From Escherichia phage LQ5, in sequence record OR677401: 64,000 nucleotides of DNA, one strand, 5' to 3'. The first letter of the stretch is position 1; the number at the start of each line of letters is the position of its first letter. The position numbers were made by a program, and so were the translations under genes. Below the pieces are notes generated by a model. It ran no database searches. It was not told where the DNA came from and was given only the letters and a program-made list of their open reading frames with translations. This document shows positions 38,580 to 48,005 of the stretch, piece by piece.

Positions 38580-38828
38580 ATGAACAAACAATTGAATCAC
38601 GCTCTTGAACTGCAACGCAACGCTTGGAACAACGGTCACGAAAACTACGGCGCATCTATTGATGTTGAAGCCGAAGCACTGGAAATCCTGCGTTATTTCA
38701 AACATCTGAATCCTGCTCAGGCTACTCTGGCTGCTGAACTGGAAGCTAAAGATGAACTGAAATTTGCTAAGCCTTTGGCTTCAGCAGCTCGTAAAGCAGT
38801 ACGTCATTTTATTATTACCCTGAAGTAA
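38580..38828 (+). CDS. rIII: rIII lysis-inhibition accessory protein
   Basis: 82 aa; MNKQLNHALELQRNAWNNGHENYGASIDVEAEALEILRYFKHLNPAQA.LAAEL..KDELK.AKPLASAARKAVRHF matches T4 RIII. Confidence 0.88.
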   Translation: MNKQLNHALELQRNAWNNGHENYGASIDVEAEALEILRYFKHLNPAQATLAAELEAKDELKFAKPLASAARKAVRHFIITLK

Positions 38829-39090
38829 GTTAAATCGAGGAGCCGTCGAACTGTTTGATTAATGATTTGCGAATCATTATAGTTTTAAGACCCCAACAGT
38901 TTTACGGTGTACCTCTTGAATGTATTTTGTACTATCACGCGTCAGAAAAAGGTTATCTGTCTAAGTCGTGGTTGGTATGATGACGAGGTTTATGGTTATC
39001 CTGTCGTTAAATATCCGAAACCTATGTTCCCCTTGAGGGCTTGCGCAGGCAACGCTAATAAGTCCTGCATCCTAATTTAAGAGATTTAAA

Positions 39091-39252
39091 ATGGCTAAGA
39101 AAGAAGTTAAAGTAGTTGACGGTACCTCTAAACGCGCTGGTTACAAGCGTGCGTCCAACAAGCGTATCAATCAGGTAGTTGATAAGCTTCAAGCTCGTGC
39201 TCGTGCAGTATTGCGTGCAGATGCTGCTTGCTTTGGTAAGCCTCAGGCATAA
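39091..39252 (+). CDS. small basic protein (53 aa), unknown function
   Basis: ATG at 39091; MAKKEVKVVDGTSKRAGYKRASNKRINQVVDKLQARARAVLRADAACFGKPQA; immediately followed by a strong terminator; below track cutoff. Confidence 0.4.
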   Translation: MAKKEVKVVDGTSKRAGYKRASNKRINQVVDKLQARARAVLRADAACFGKPQA

Positions 39253-39257
39253 GTTAT

Positions 39258-39282
39258 GGGACTCTTCGGAGTCCCATTTTTG
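39258..39282 (+). terminator. rho-independent terminator
   Basis: GGGACUC-UUCG-GAGUCCC + AUUUUUG. Confidence 0.75.
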
Positions 39283-39303
39283 TTTCTAAATCTTTAAAAA
39301 AGG

Positions 39304-39332
39304 GTGTACATCTCCGGTAGGCATGATACTAT
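39304..39332 (+). promoter_or_regulatory. early promoter (GTGTAC -35 variant, TGATACTAT -10)
   Basis: 17-nt spacer; followed by shared leader ...accaaataatac.aaaacaaactggagaataaaatg. Confidence 0.5.
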
Positions 39333-39373
39333 AGACATGTACCAAATAATACTAAAACAAACTGGAGAATAAA

Positions 39374-39706
39374 ATGAAAACTGTAAATCTGAATGCATCT
39401 GTTAAAGCTAAATGTTTCAACGGTGAATATCAAGAAACCATGTGGGTCCTGACTGCAGTTGAAGGTGATATCATCGAAGTTGAAACAACTGAAGGTATGG
39501 GTACTGATTTTACATTCACCATCGAGCTTCACAACTTCTTTACAGGTTGGATTTATGAACTGAAAACTGTAATTACTGGTCGTATTGAAGAAAACAAAAA
39601 TGGTGAATTCTATTATGTTAATGCCCGTACACGTGCTGAACGTCTGATTGCTCAGATGAAAAAAGTTGGTAAACTTGATATGAAAAATTGGAATGTTGTG
39701 AAATAA
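39374..39706 (+). CDS. hypothetical protein (30.x island)
   Basis: 110-aa ORF with GGAGAATAAA-ATG. Confidence 0.45.
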   Translation: MKTVNLNASVKAKCFNGEYQETMWVLTAVEGDIIEVETTEGMGTDFTFTIELHNFFTGWIYELKTVITGRIEENKNGEFYYVNARTRAERLIAQMKKVGKLDMKNWNVVK

Positions 39707-39709
39707 ATG

Positions 39710-39738
39710 TTTTACTTTGGTACAGGTTGTGTTATTAT
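39710..39738 (+). promoter_or_regulatory. early promoter with inverted repeat (GGTACAGG/CCTGTACC) bracketing -10 TATTAT
   Basis: ttttac -35-like, TGTTATTAT extended -10; leader duplicated from 39333-39373. Confidence 0.5.
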
Positions 39739-39779
39739 AGACCTGTACCAAATAATACGAAAACAAACTGGAGAATAAA

Positions 39780-40145
39780 ATGAACTACATCAACTTCGAA
39801 CGTAAATATGTTTCTAACGGTATCGCTGGTTCTTCTGAAGTTATTTGCCTGTGGAAACACAACAACGGCGCGGTGTGCGAAATCGAACAGTGCATGACTC
39901 CTAACTACGTTTATATGCGCTTTGAAAATGGTATTACGGTTTCAATCACATTGGAAGGTTCTACTTTTAAAATCGCTTTAGATGATGATTTCCGTCAACG
40001 TGATTTAGGTACCCATCCTTGCTGGAACGGTGTTAATCGTAAGCTTCTGGTTAAAACTTGGATTCGTCACATCCTGAGCAACCGAGCTAAACCTGAACAC
40101 CTGGAAGCAATCTTTGATGTAGTTCTGAACGAATTCGACATCTAA
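39780..40145 (+). CDS. hypothetical protein (30.x island)
   Basis: 121-aa ORF with GGAGAATAAA-ATG. Confidence 0.45.
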   Translation: MNYINFERKYVSNGIAGSSEVICLWKHNNGAVCEIEQCMTPNYVYMRFENGITVSITLEGSTFKIALDDDFRQRDLGTHPCWNGVNRKLLVKTWIRHILSNRAKPEHLEAIFDVVLNEFDI

Positions 40146-40186
40146 TCTTAAAAATGGAGGCTTCGGCCTCCTTTGAGGAAAATATT

Positions 40187-40474
40187 ATGTTTATGACCAC
40201 TTATTTTGATACTCGTAAAAATTTCTGTGAAGTTGTTTTCTCTAAAGCAGGTAAAGATGTTCCTGCCGACAAACAACCTACTCGTGAATCTATTAAGGCT
40301 TATGCCGATGTTGTATGCCCGGTAGAATTCCGTACTGTTAATGGTCGTGATACCCTAGCAATCACTAAGCTAAACCATGATATCAATATCGACCCAAGTG
40401 TCGCCCGTGAAGTCAATACCTCTGACATCTATGGTGGTAATGTTAAATCACATGGCTTTCAGATGAGGTTCTAA
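40187..40474 (+). CDS. hypothetical protein
   Basis: Track ORF 40154..40474; ATG after hairpin + TTTGAGGAAAATATT. Confidence 0.45.
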   Translation: MFMTTYFDTRKNFCEVVFSKAGKDVPADKQPTRESIKAYADVVCPVEFRTVNGRDTLAITKLNHDINIDPSVAREVNTSDIYGGNVKSHGFQMRF

Positions 40475-40668
40475 TGCAACTATTCTTATCACAAACTGTT
40501 CAGCTAAAAGGTGTAGGTATTCCTGGAATGATTTCAAAGGTTCTACCTGCTTTTAAATTAGGTAATGTTACTATTAAAGAAGCCTACACCGTCTTATGGG
40601 TCGATGGAACTGAAGACGTTCGCATGGGCGGTGAACTGTCTGTAATCAAATGTTTAAAGCGAGGATAA
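40474..40668 (+). CDS. hypothetical small protein
   Basis: 64-aa ORF, coupled start. Confidence 0.4.
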   Translation: MQLFLSQTVQLKGVGIPGMISKVLPAFKLGNVTIKEAYTVLWVDGTEDVRMGGELSVIKCLKRG

Positions 40669-40669
40669 T

Positions 40670-40882
40670 ATGTTTAAGAAATTGATTCAGAAATTATTAG
40701 GTACGGAAATGGTCGAAGTGACTTATCGTGTAACTGATTTATCTCCTGTGCATCCACAAGATGAACCATATACTAAAACAATTAAAATGCTGAAATCTGA
40801 TGGCGGATTATCTATTGAAGACCGTCTACCTGGTTATGGTCATTGGGCTGATGTCGAAATTATAAGTGTCAAAGATGTCTGA
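40670..40882 (+). CDS. hypothetical small protein
   Basis: 70-aa ORF with GAGGATAATATG. Confidence 0.4.
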   Translation: MFKKLIQKLLGTEMVEVTYRVTDLSPVHPQDEPYTKTIKMLKSDGGLSIEDRLPGYGHWADVEIISVKDV

Positions 40883-41333
40883 GTTAGAAATAAGAAGCAA
40901 TTTTCCATGGCCATCATGTGCATTAAGTAACTTTGCTAAATGGCCTTTCGTTATGGATGGTATCCAATTTGGTGGGCTCGAAGGATTCCTCCAAGGATGT
41001 AAGGTGAGAAATCATGAACAACAAAAACGTATATTTGGGATGTCCGGTCTGGCCGCACAACAAACTGGAAGAGCTTATGCTAGAGCTGCGGACCGTGGGA
41101 CGCTTTTCTGGCTTGGAATTCCCTTTTCAAGATACTCTACAGCATGGAAAGAGTTGTACGAAAATGCTTATTTTGAAGCAGCGCTCCAAAACAAAGGATT
41201 CCGCGACGCATTACAAGCTACAAAGGGCAAAGTTTTAAAGCATTCGATGGCGGGCCACCTTACAGAATGTGATACAATACTAACTGAAAAAGAGTTTATC
41301 GACATCCTAAACAAATTGAGAGATTTATTATGA
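40866..41333 (+). CDS. NADAR-domain (YbiA-like) protein, putative ADP-ribosyl/N-glycosidic hydrolase
   Basis: 155 aa; LSNFAKWPFVMDG...LEGFLQGCKV resembles the E. coli YbiA core FSNFAAWPIKVDG...SEHYFQAQKF as I recall it; call is by motif only. Confidence 0.5.
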   Translation: MSKMSELEIRSNFPWPSCALSNFAKWPFVMDGIQFGGLEGFLQGCKVRNHEQQKRIFGMSGLAAQQTGRAYARAADRGTLFWLGIPFSRYSTAWKELYENAYFEAALQNKGFRDALQATKGKVLKHSMAGHLTECDTILTEKEFIDILNKLRDLL

Positions 41334-41968
41334 AACCAGTTATCTTAACAGATATCGATGGAGTATGTTTAAGTTGGCAGTCCGGCTTGCCTTATTTCGC
41401 ACAGAAATATAATTTGCCTTTAGAACATATTTTGAATATGATTCAGGACGAACGTTTCTTATCTCCTGGTGAGCTGTTTAATTGTGATAATGAATTAGGC
41501 GCTCGTTTAATCGAGAAGTACAATCAGTCAGATTTTATTCGTTATCTGTCTCCTTACATGGACGCATTAAAACATATCAACAAGCTCAAAAAAGACTTCG
41601 ATTTTGTAGCCGTGACTGCGCTAGGCGACTCAATTGATGCACTGCTGAATAGACAATTCAATTTGAATGCTTTGTTCCCTGGCGCATTCAAGGAGATTCT
41701 GATGTGTGGTCATTCAGAATCAAAAGAAGACCTCTTCATAAGAGCTAAAAATACGTACGGTAAACGTATTAAGTTTTATGTTGATGATTTGGCTCACCAC
41801 TGTGATGCTGCATCTAATGTTCTCATGGATATCCAAGTTTATTGGTTAGCTCGTGGTGAACGTGACTTTAAACCTAATTTAGCCGTAAAGGTTAATTCAT
41901 GGGACGATATCGCAGCAATCGAATCCCTTCGTAATAATGCCGCAGTTGAATGGATTGCTCGAGGTTAA
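41330..41968 (+). CDS. HAD-superfamily hydrolase (nucleotidase/phosphatase-like)
   Basis: 212 aa; N-terminal HAD motif I ILTDIDGV; ATGA overlap with the NADAR ORF. Confidence 0.5.
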   Translation: MKPVILTDIDGVCLSWQSGLPYFAQKYNLPLEHILNMIQDERFLSPGELFNCDNELGARLIEKYNQSDFIRYLSPYMDALKHINKLKKDFDFVAVTALGDSIDALLNRQFNLNALFPGAFKEILMCGHSESKEDLFIRAKNTYGKRIKFYVDDLAHHCDAASNVLMDIQVYWLARGERDFKPNLAVKVNSWDDIAAIESLRNNAAVEWIARG

Positions 41969-41969
41969 T

Positions 41970-42248
41970 ATGTTTGTAGTTCATACAATTTCAGACTATG
42001 GTCCTACCACTACAATGGATTATGGTCATGTAAACCAGTTTATTCGTCATGTGAATCATGATTACTCATTTGATGTAAATCCGGCTAAAGACCATCCTGT
42101 TTGGCGCGAATGCGTCGAACAGGGATTCATTTATGTCCACTTTATGTCCAAGTTCAAATCTGATGGGCGAATGAGATTTGTGTTCTCTTATCATAAGCGA
42201 TTAGACTTGCTTTTGGCTGATGTGGCTTATAATAGAATCCATGACTAA
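41970..42248 (+). CDS. hypothetical protein
   Basis: Track ORF 41937..42248; ATG after GAGGTTAAT. Confidence 0.4.
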   Translation: MFVVHTISDYGPTTTMDYGHVNQFIRHVNHDYSFDVNPAKDHPVWRECVEQGFIYVHFMSKFKSDGRMRFVFSYHKRLDLLLADVAYNRIHD

Positions 42249-42258
42249 TGAGGTGATT

Positions 42259-43782
42259 ATGATTTTAGATATTTTAAACGAAATTGCTGCTATTGATTCT
42301 ACTAAAGCTAAAGAAGCCATTATTGCTCGTGAAAAGAACAATGAGCTTCTGAAACGTGTTTATCGTATGGCTTATACCCGTCGTCTGAACTACGGTATTA
42401 AAAAGTGGCCAGAACCTGGATTTACATCTCAATCCTTTGGTATGATTACTCTTGAAGACCTTCTTGATTTCGCTGAATTCACATTAGCCACACGTAAGAT
42501 TACGGGTAATGCGGCTATTGAAGAACTGGCTCAAATCATTGCTGATGCTAAGGCCCCGGATGCCGAGGTATTACGTCGTGTAATGATGCGCGACCTTGAA
42601 TGTGGTGCATCGATTTCTATTGCTAACAAGGTTTGGAAAGGTTTAATCCCTGAACAACCGCAGATGTTGGCGAGTTCTTATGATGAAGCTTTGATTAAGA
42701 AAAATATTAAATGGCCAGCGTTTGCTCAATTAAAAGCTGATGGTGCTCGTTGTTTTGCCGAAGTTCGTAACGATGGTGTGACATTCCTTACTCGTGGTGG
42801 TAACGAATATCAAGGGCTTAATCTTTTGGCGGCTGAATTAATGGCCATGACCGAAGAAGCTCGACAACGCCATCCTAATGGCGTTATGATTGATGGCGAA
42901 TTAGTTTACCATACTCCTAAGGTAGAACCTAAAGCATCTAATGATTTGTTTAGTATGTTTGACGAGGAACTTCCTGAATTAAGTAAGGCTAAGGAATTCC
43001 AAACTGTCGCCGATCGTTCTACGTCAAATGGCTTGGCTAACAAAGCTCTTCAAGGAACTATTTCGGCTACTGAAGCCGCTGGTATGGTATTACAGGCATG
43101 GGATTATGTCCCATTGGATGTCGTATATTCCGAAGGTAAAATTAAAGGCGATAAGTATGATGTACGCTTTACAGCCTTAGAACTTATGGTTGCTCATAAT
43201 GTCGTATTGCATGGTACAACGCGTGTTGAAGCTATCGAAAACCAGTGGGTTAATAATCTTGAAGAAGCTAAAGTCGTTTATAAGAAATATGTCGACCAAG
43301 GTCTGGAAGGCATTATCCTTAAGAACATGGACTCCTACTGGGAAAACCGCCGTTCTAAGAATCTTATCAAGTTCAAAGAAGTAATCGATATCGCTTTAGA
43401 AGTGGTAGGTTATTATGAACACTCGAAGGACCCTAACAAGCTAGGTGGTGTCGAGTTGGTATCACGTTGTCGTCGAATTACAAGCGACTGTGGTTCAGGC
43501 TTTAAAGATACCACCCATAAGAAAGATAAATCAGGTAAAAAGGTATTGATTCCATTGGAAGACCGTCCTGATTTAGACCGTGAACTTCTTATGAAACAAG
43601 CTCGTGAAGGTAAATTGATTGGCCGTATTGCCGACTGTGAATGTAATGGTTGGGTTCATTCTAAAGGACGTACCGATACTGTAGGTATTTTCCTTCCAAT
43701 TATTAAAGGTTGGCGTTTCGATAAAACAGAAGCTGATACATTTGAAGATGTATTTGGTGATTGGTCTCAAACTGGACTATAA
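42259..43782 (+). CDS. 30: ATP-dependent DNA ligase gp30
   Basis: MILDILNEIA.I.STK.K.AI....K.NELLKRVYR..Y.R.L.Y.IKKWP.PG...QSFGM.TL.D.LDF.EFTLATRK.TGNAAIEEL and adenylation site AQLKADGARCFAEVR match T4 gp30; track ORF 42220 over-extended. Confidence 0.92.
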   Translation: MILDILNEIAAIDSTKAKEAIIAREKNNELLKRVYRMAYTRRLNYGIKKWPEPGFTSQSFGMITLEDLLDFAEFTLATRKITGNAAIEELAQIIADAKAPDAEVLRRVMMRDLECGASISIANKVWKGLIPEQPQMLASSYDEALIKKNIKWPAFAQLKADGARCFAEVRNDGVTFLTRGGNEYQGLNLLAAELMAMTEEARQRHPNGVMIDGELVYHTPKVEPKASNDLFSMFDEELPELSKAKEFQTVADRSTSNGLANKALQGTISATEAAGMVLQAWDYVPLDVVYSEGKIKGDKYDVRFTALELMVAHNVVLHGTTRVEAIENQWVNNLEEAKVVYKKYVDQGLEGIILKNMDSYWENRRSKNLIKFKEVIDIALEVVGYYEHSKDPNKLGGVELVSRCRRITSDCGSGFKDTTHKKDKSGKKVLIPLEDRPDLDRELLMKQAREGKLIGRIADCECNGWVHSKGRTDTVGIFLPIIKGWRFDKTEADTFEDVFGDWSQTGL

Positions 43783-43783
43783 T

Positions 43784-43966
43784 ATGAAAGCTTATTTAGA
43801 AACCGTGGTTATTGGATATAAAGAAGGTGGGGATGTCTCCACTGCAGTGTCCCAAATTGTCCTTGAATTTGAAAATGAAATCGCATTCGCTGATTTTAAA
43901 GATAATTTCGACCGCTATGAAAAGGGTCCTAAATTTGAAGTATACCGTACGTTGCTACCACTTTAA
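43784..43966 (+). CDS. hypothetical small protein
   Basis: Track ORF 43742..43966; ATG just after the ligase stop; followed by terminator. Confidence 0.35.
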   Translation: MKAYLETVVIGYKEGGDVSTAVSQIVLEFENEIAFADFKDNFDRYEKGPKFEVYRTLLPL

Positions 43967-43986
43967 GGCCTTCGGGCCTTTTCTGG
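43966..43986 (+). terminator. rho-independent terminator
   Basis: AGGCC-UUCG-GGCCU + UUUCUGG. Confidence 0.6.
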
Positions 43987-44016
43987 CATAAATAAGGTTA
44001 TTAAAGAGGAATTATT

Positions 44017-45912
44017 ATGTCCGAACAATTGAATGAGGTATTTGACGGCGCTATAGATTTATCAGCTGTCAATTTAAACCCTAAACTTAAAGTACCACAG
44101 ATTTGGAATATAAAGGCTGAAGGTAATGAGAACCTTGTTGCACGCATGGTTTCATATACTTCTGAAGGTGATACAATCCGCCAAGTTAAACCGGGTGACA
44201 AATACGTTCATATTATTTTAATGAGCCTATCATCTAAAGGGGCCCCGGCAGAACTCAAAGGTGGTTTAGGTAGTAACCCCATTTCCGCTATTCGTTCTAT
44301 ATTTGATACGGTTTATGAACAAGTTAAAAAGCTCCGTATGGATGCCGTTATGTTCCGTTTTCCTACTAAGAAAATGAAAGGTCAGGAAAAAGCTGTACAA
44401 CGAGTTCTAGCCAAATTAATAGCTACTAGAGCAGGTGGGCAATTCAAGGTCCTTGATGCCTTGTATCAATATACAGGCAAACATTCATATGTTTTTATCT
44501 ATCGTAAAAATAAAAATATAGAATCAATAAACGGTATTCCTAATATTAATCCGGAATTGTATACTAAAGTCGAATCTGAAGTCGGTGATGTGTATGTTTC
44601 AAAGAAAACAGGCGAAGATGTTACCAAATTAGAAGCTATAGCTAAGTCTATAGACGAAATAGAAAAATCACGTTCTGATAAAATGGTTATAACCAAGACT
44701 AAGGTTTCTAAACGGGCCGCTATAAATGCGTTATATTCTACCGCCGAGCCTACAGGATTGAGTAAATTTTCGGCAGAGCACAAAAAAGCTTATGCAGATT
44801 ATTCTGCTACTAGTTCCGTTCATTCTTCTGAAGATTCTAAAGAAAGCCAAATAGCTTTAGCCAGTAATAAAATATTAAAAGACACCTCTAAAGAAATGGC
44901 AGAATATTTGGATTATATTTTTAACGGTGTTAATCCATCATTTGAAGTAGACGAGCGCAAACTTAAACTAATTGCTGATATAAAGTTTGCTTTAGAGGCA
45001 TCAGATTCTTTAGATAAATCTAATAGTGTCATAGAGGCTTTAAAATCAGGTAAATCTCATGTAGACATTCTTAGACTAGTCGCTGCGGCCCTTTTAGATG
45101 ATTCAGTTAAAGGTACTTGGGCTAGAGAATCTAAAATCAAGGAAGTAATAAAATCCTTAGTAGCAGTTTATACAAAATCTATCCAACCGTTGTTTAAGAT
45201 ATCTGATAATCCTAATTTATCCAAACCTCAAGAAGAGGCAGTCAAAAAGTATACTCGTGGCGGCTACAACCATATAAACAACTTTTTGCTAGGTAAAACA
45301 GATACCACCGATGAAATGATAAAAATGATTGGTGAGTTGGATTCTACATTTGAAAATGGTACAAAACTTCCTAAAGGAACCATAGTGTATCGTTCTCAGA
45401 TAATGCCTACCGAAATGGCTTTGAATTCTATAAAACATAAGGTGATGTATCTTCCTATTTTTGCATCAACTTCATTGGCTCCTAATATTTTCGGTGAAAT
45501 GGGTCATGCTCAATCCAACTTAGACCCTGAAGCTCTTTCTAGCGATATAGATAGTAATCTTGAAGACACCATTAAAAGTGCGACCGGAAGTGCTAGAGAT
45601 ACCATTAAGCTAGGGTTAATTATTAAAGGTGCTGATAAAATTAAGGTTATTGTGCCCGGTGACTTGGCTAATTGGTCTACAGAAACCGAAGTAATTCTTC
45701 CTCGTGGGGTTATGCTTAAGATTAATAAAGTATACGGTGCTTCCAAGGGACCTATGGGTTCAATTGGTAAATATGTTTTAGTGGAATGTGAAGTTGTAGC
45801 TACCGAGCAAATCACAGAGGAAAATTCATATAGCACCGGATTCTCGTTTGGAAATTATGATAGAATTATGTATGAAGATTCTATGGAAAAATTAGCAAAT
45901 TTATTTAAATAG
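44017..45912 (+). CDS. Alt-like ADP-ribosyltransferase paralogue 1
   Basis: 631 aa; N-terminal ~230 aa conserved with the two downstream ORFs and T4 Alt; C-terminal mART signature Y-R-S-Q ... F-A-S-T-S ... E-V-I-L-P-R-G. Confidence 0.8.
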   Translation: MSEQLNEVFDGAIDLSAVNLNPKLKVPQIWNIKAEGNENLVARMVSYTSEGDTIRQVKPGDKYVHIILMSLSSKGAPAELKGGLGSNPISAIRSIFDTVYEQVKKLRMDAVMFRFPTKKMKGQEKAVQRVLAKLIATRAGGQFKVLDALYQYTGKHSYVFIYRKNKNIESINGIPNINPELYTKVESEVGDVYVSKKTGEDVTKLEAIAKSIDEIEKSRSDKMVITKTKVSKRAAINALYSTAEPTGLSKFSAEHKKAYADYSATSSVHSSEDSKESQIALASNKILKDTSKEMAEYLDYIFNGVNPSFEVDERKLKLIADIKFALEASDSLDKSNSVIEALKSGKSHVDILRLVAAALLDDSVKGTWARESKIKEVIKSLVAVYTKSIQPLFKISDNPNLSKPQEEAVKKYTRGGYNHINNFLLGKTDTTDEMIKMIGELDSTFENGTKLPKGTIVYRSQIMPTEMALNSIKHKVMYLPIFASTSLAPNIFGEMGHAQSNLDPEALSSDIDSNLEDTIKSATGSARDTIKLGLIIKGADKIKVIVPGDLANWSTETEVILPRGVMLKINKVYGASKGPMGSIGKYVLVECEVVATEQITEENSYSTGFSFGNYDRIMYEDSMEKLANLFK

Positions 45913-45920
45913 GATAGATT

Positions 45921-48002
45921 ATGACCCAATTAAATGAAGTGTTCGAGTCCGAAGGTACACTGCCTGTTGTGAACTTGAACCCAAAACTTAAAGTACCTCA
46001 GATTTGGAAGATTGGAGACGCGGAGTCTCAGTTAGTAGCACGTATGGTATCCTATGCTTCTGAAGGCGATGCTATTAAACAGGTTAAGATGGGTGATAAA
46101 TATGCCCACGTTATCCTTATGAGCCTTTCAGCTAAAGGTTCGCCTGCCGAACTTAAAGGCGGCTTAGGCCCTACTCCTGTAGATGCGATTAATACTATTT
46201 TTGATGTAGTTTATGACCAAGTTAAAAAGCTTCGTATGGATGCCGTGATGTTCCGTTTCCCTACTAAGAAAATGAAAGGTCAAGGCCCTATCGTTCAACG
46301 TATTATCCAACGTTTGGTAGCACAGAAAACCGGTGGACGTTTTAAAGTGGTTCCGGCTATGTACCAATTTACCGGTAAACATACTTACATCCTGGTAGTC
46401 CGTAAACAAGCTGATATCGAAGATATCAAAGGTATGCCTGGAATTAATGCTGAATTGTATACTAAGGTAGATTCTGATGTCGGTGAAGTTTATATTTCCA
46501 AAAAAGAAGGTGTGCAGGTTACTAAAGAAACTGCTATTGCTGGCAGTATTGCTAAGGTTGAAGAACGTCGCACTGATAAAATGGTTATAACCAAGACTAA
46601 GATTTCTAGGCGCGCCATTGCAGCAAGCCAATCATTGGAATCTTATCGTAATGAAAGTGAATTGTTTAAGAAATATGAAGCTACTGCAGCGGATTTTAAT
46701 AAACCGGCAACAGTTCCATTAATCCCTGAGGCTCAGGAAATGGTTACTAATAACAATTCTCCTGCGGCTAAAAATAAGGTTGCTAATATAGTGGCTGAAG
46801 GCACTGCTGAAGAATTGCATTACGATTATAAAATGTTCCCACTTCACGGTATTGGCGAAATCCAAGAGAAAATTAAAGAGAAAATTCTTACAGCAATAAA
46901 AAACGAACCTTTGACATCTGTTAAAGCTCTAGAAAAATATGCCTCTGCTATTAATACCATTTTCGAAGAATATAAAGGCGAGTGGCTGGCTATCCATAAC
47001 AGAACTCGTAAAGGCCAACCTGATGACCTTTGGAACGAATTGACAGAGGCCAAGTGGAAAGCAGCCAAGACTAAGTTCATTAAAAAACGCGTGTATAGTT
47101 TTGCTGGTGTGGGTGGTGGTATTATGGTTGATATTACTATTGCTCGTGAAGGTTCTAAATATACTCCATCACAAAAGCGTGGTATCAGAGAATATTGTGG
47201 TTCAGGATATACAGACATAAATAATCTTCTTTTAGGACGTTATAATCCTCAGAACTATGAGGTTATGAGCGAAAAAGATATCGAATCCGCTGTAAATAAT
47301 TTAGATTTAGCTTTTGAAAATGGTGACCGTATACCGGAAGGCATTACAGTTTATCGTGCCCAGAGTATGACTGCTCCTATATACGAAGCACTAGTTAAAA
47401 ATAAAGTGTTTTATTTTAGAAATTTTGTATCTACTTCTTTAACTCCTATAATTTTCGGACGTTTTGGTGTTACGCACGCTGGTATTGGTCTTTTAGAACC
47501 TGAAGTTCGCAATGAATTGACAGTCGATAAAAATGAAGAAGGAATAACTATTAACCCTAATGAAATAAGAGCGTATAAAGAAAACCCTGATTACGTTAAA
47601 GTTCAAATAGGATGGGCTATTGATGGGGCTCATAAAGTTAATGTCGTATATCCAGGAAATCTCGGAATAGCAACTGAAGCCGAAGTTATTCTACCGCGTG
47701 GATTAATGGTCAAAGTTAATAAAATAACAGATTCTTCTAATAATGATGGAACAACATCTAGTAATACAAAACTCATCCAAGCTGAAGTTATGACAACAGA
47801 TGAGCTTCAAGAATCTGTGGTATATGATGGTGACGTACTAATGGAAACCGGCGAGTTGGTCGTATATCAAGATGACTTCGATACTTCCGAAAGCCCCTTA
47901 TCTTTTGATTCATTTGTTAAATCTACACGGTTTGATGTACTGCCTCTTTTGGCTTCATGCATAGACCTCTATGACATCCCAGAAAAATTCACCCAAGGGT
48001 AA
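45921..48002 (+). CDS. alt: Alt ADP-ribosyltransferase (closest to T4 Alt)
   Basis: 693 aa (T4 Alt 682 aa); blocks KVDSDVGEVYISKK.G.QVTK..AIA.SIA, SKYTP.QKRGIREY.GSGY.DINN.LLG.YNP, VFYFRNFVSTSL, EVILPRGLMVKVNKITD, AEVMTT.EL.ESV.YDGD.LMETGELV. Confidence 0.88.
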   Translation: MTQLNEVFESEGTLPVVNLNPKLKVPQIWKIGDAESQLVARMVSYASEGDAIKQVKMGDKYAHVILMSLSAKGSPAELKGGLGPTPVDAINTIFDVVYDQVKKLRMDAVMFRFPTKKMKGQGPIVQRIIQRLVAQKTGGRFKVVPAMYQFTGKHTYILVVRKQADIEDIKGMPGINAELYTKVDSDVGEVYISKKEGVQVTKETAIAGSIAKVEERRTDKMVITKTKISRRAIAASQSLESYRNESELFKKYEATAADFNKPATVPLIPEAQEMVTNNNSPAAKNKVANIVAEGTAEELHYDYKMFPLHGIGEIQEKIKEKILTAIKNEPLTSVKALEKYASAINTIFEEYKGEWLAIHNRTRKGQPDDLWNELTEAKWKAAKTKFIKKRVYSFAGVGGGIMVDITIAREGSKYTPSQKRGIREYCGSGYTDINNLLLGRYNPQNYEVMSEKDIESAVNNLDLAFENGDRIPEGITVYRAQSMTAPIYEALVKNKVFYFRNFVSTSLTPIIFGRFGVTHAGIGLLEPEVRNELTVDKNEEGITINPNEIRAYKENPDYVKVQIGWAIDGAHKVNVVYPGNLGIATEAEVILPRGLMVKVNKITDSSNNDGTTSSNTKLIQAEVMTTDELQESVVYDGDVLMETGELVVYQDDFDTSESPLSFDSFVKSTRFDVLPLLASCIDLYDIPEKFTQG

Positions 48003-48005
48003 ATA

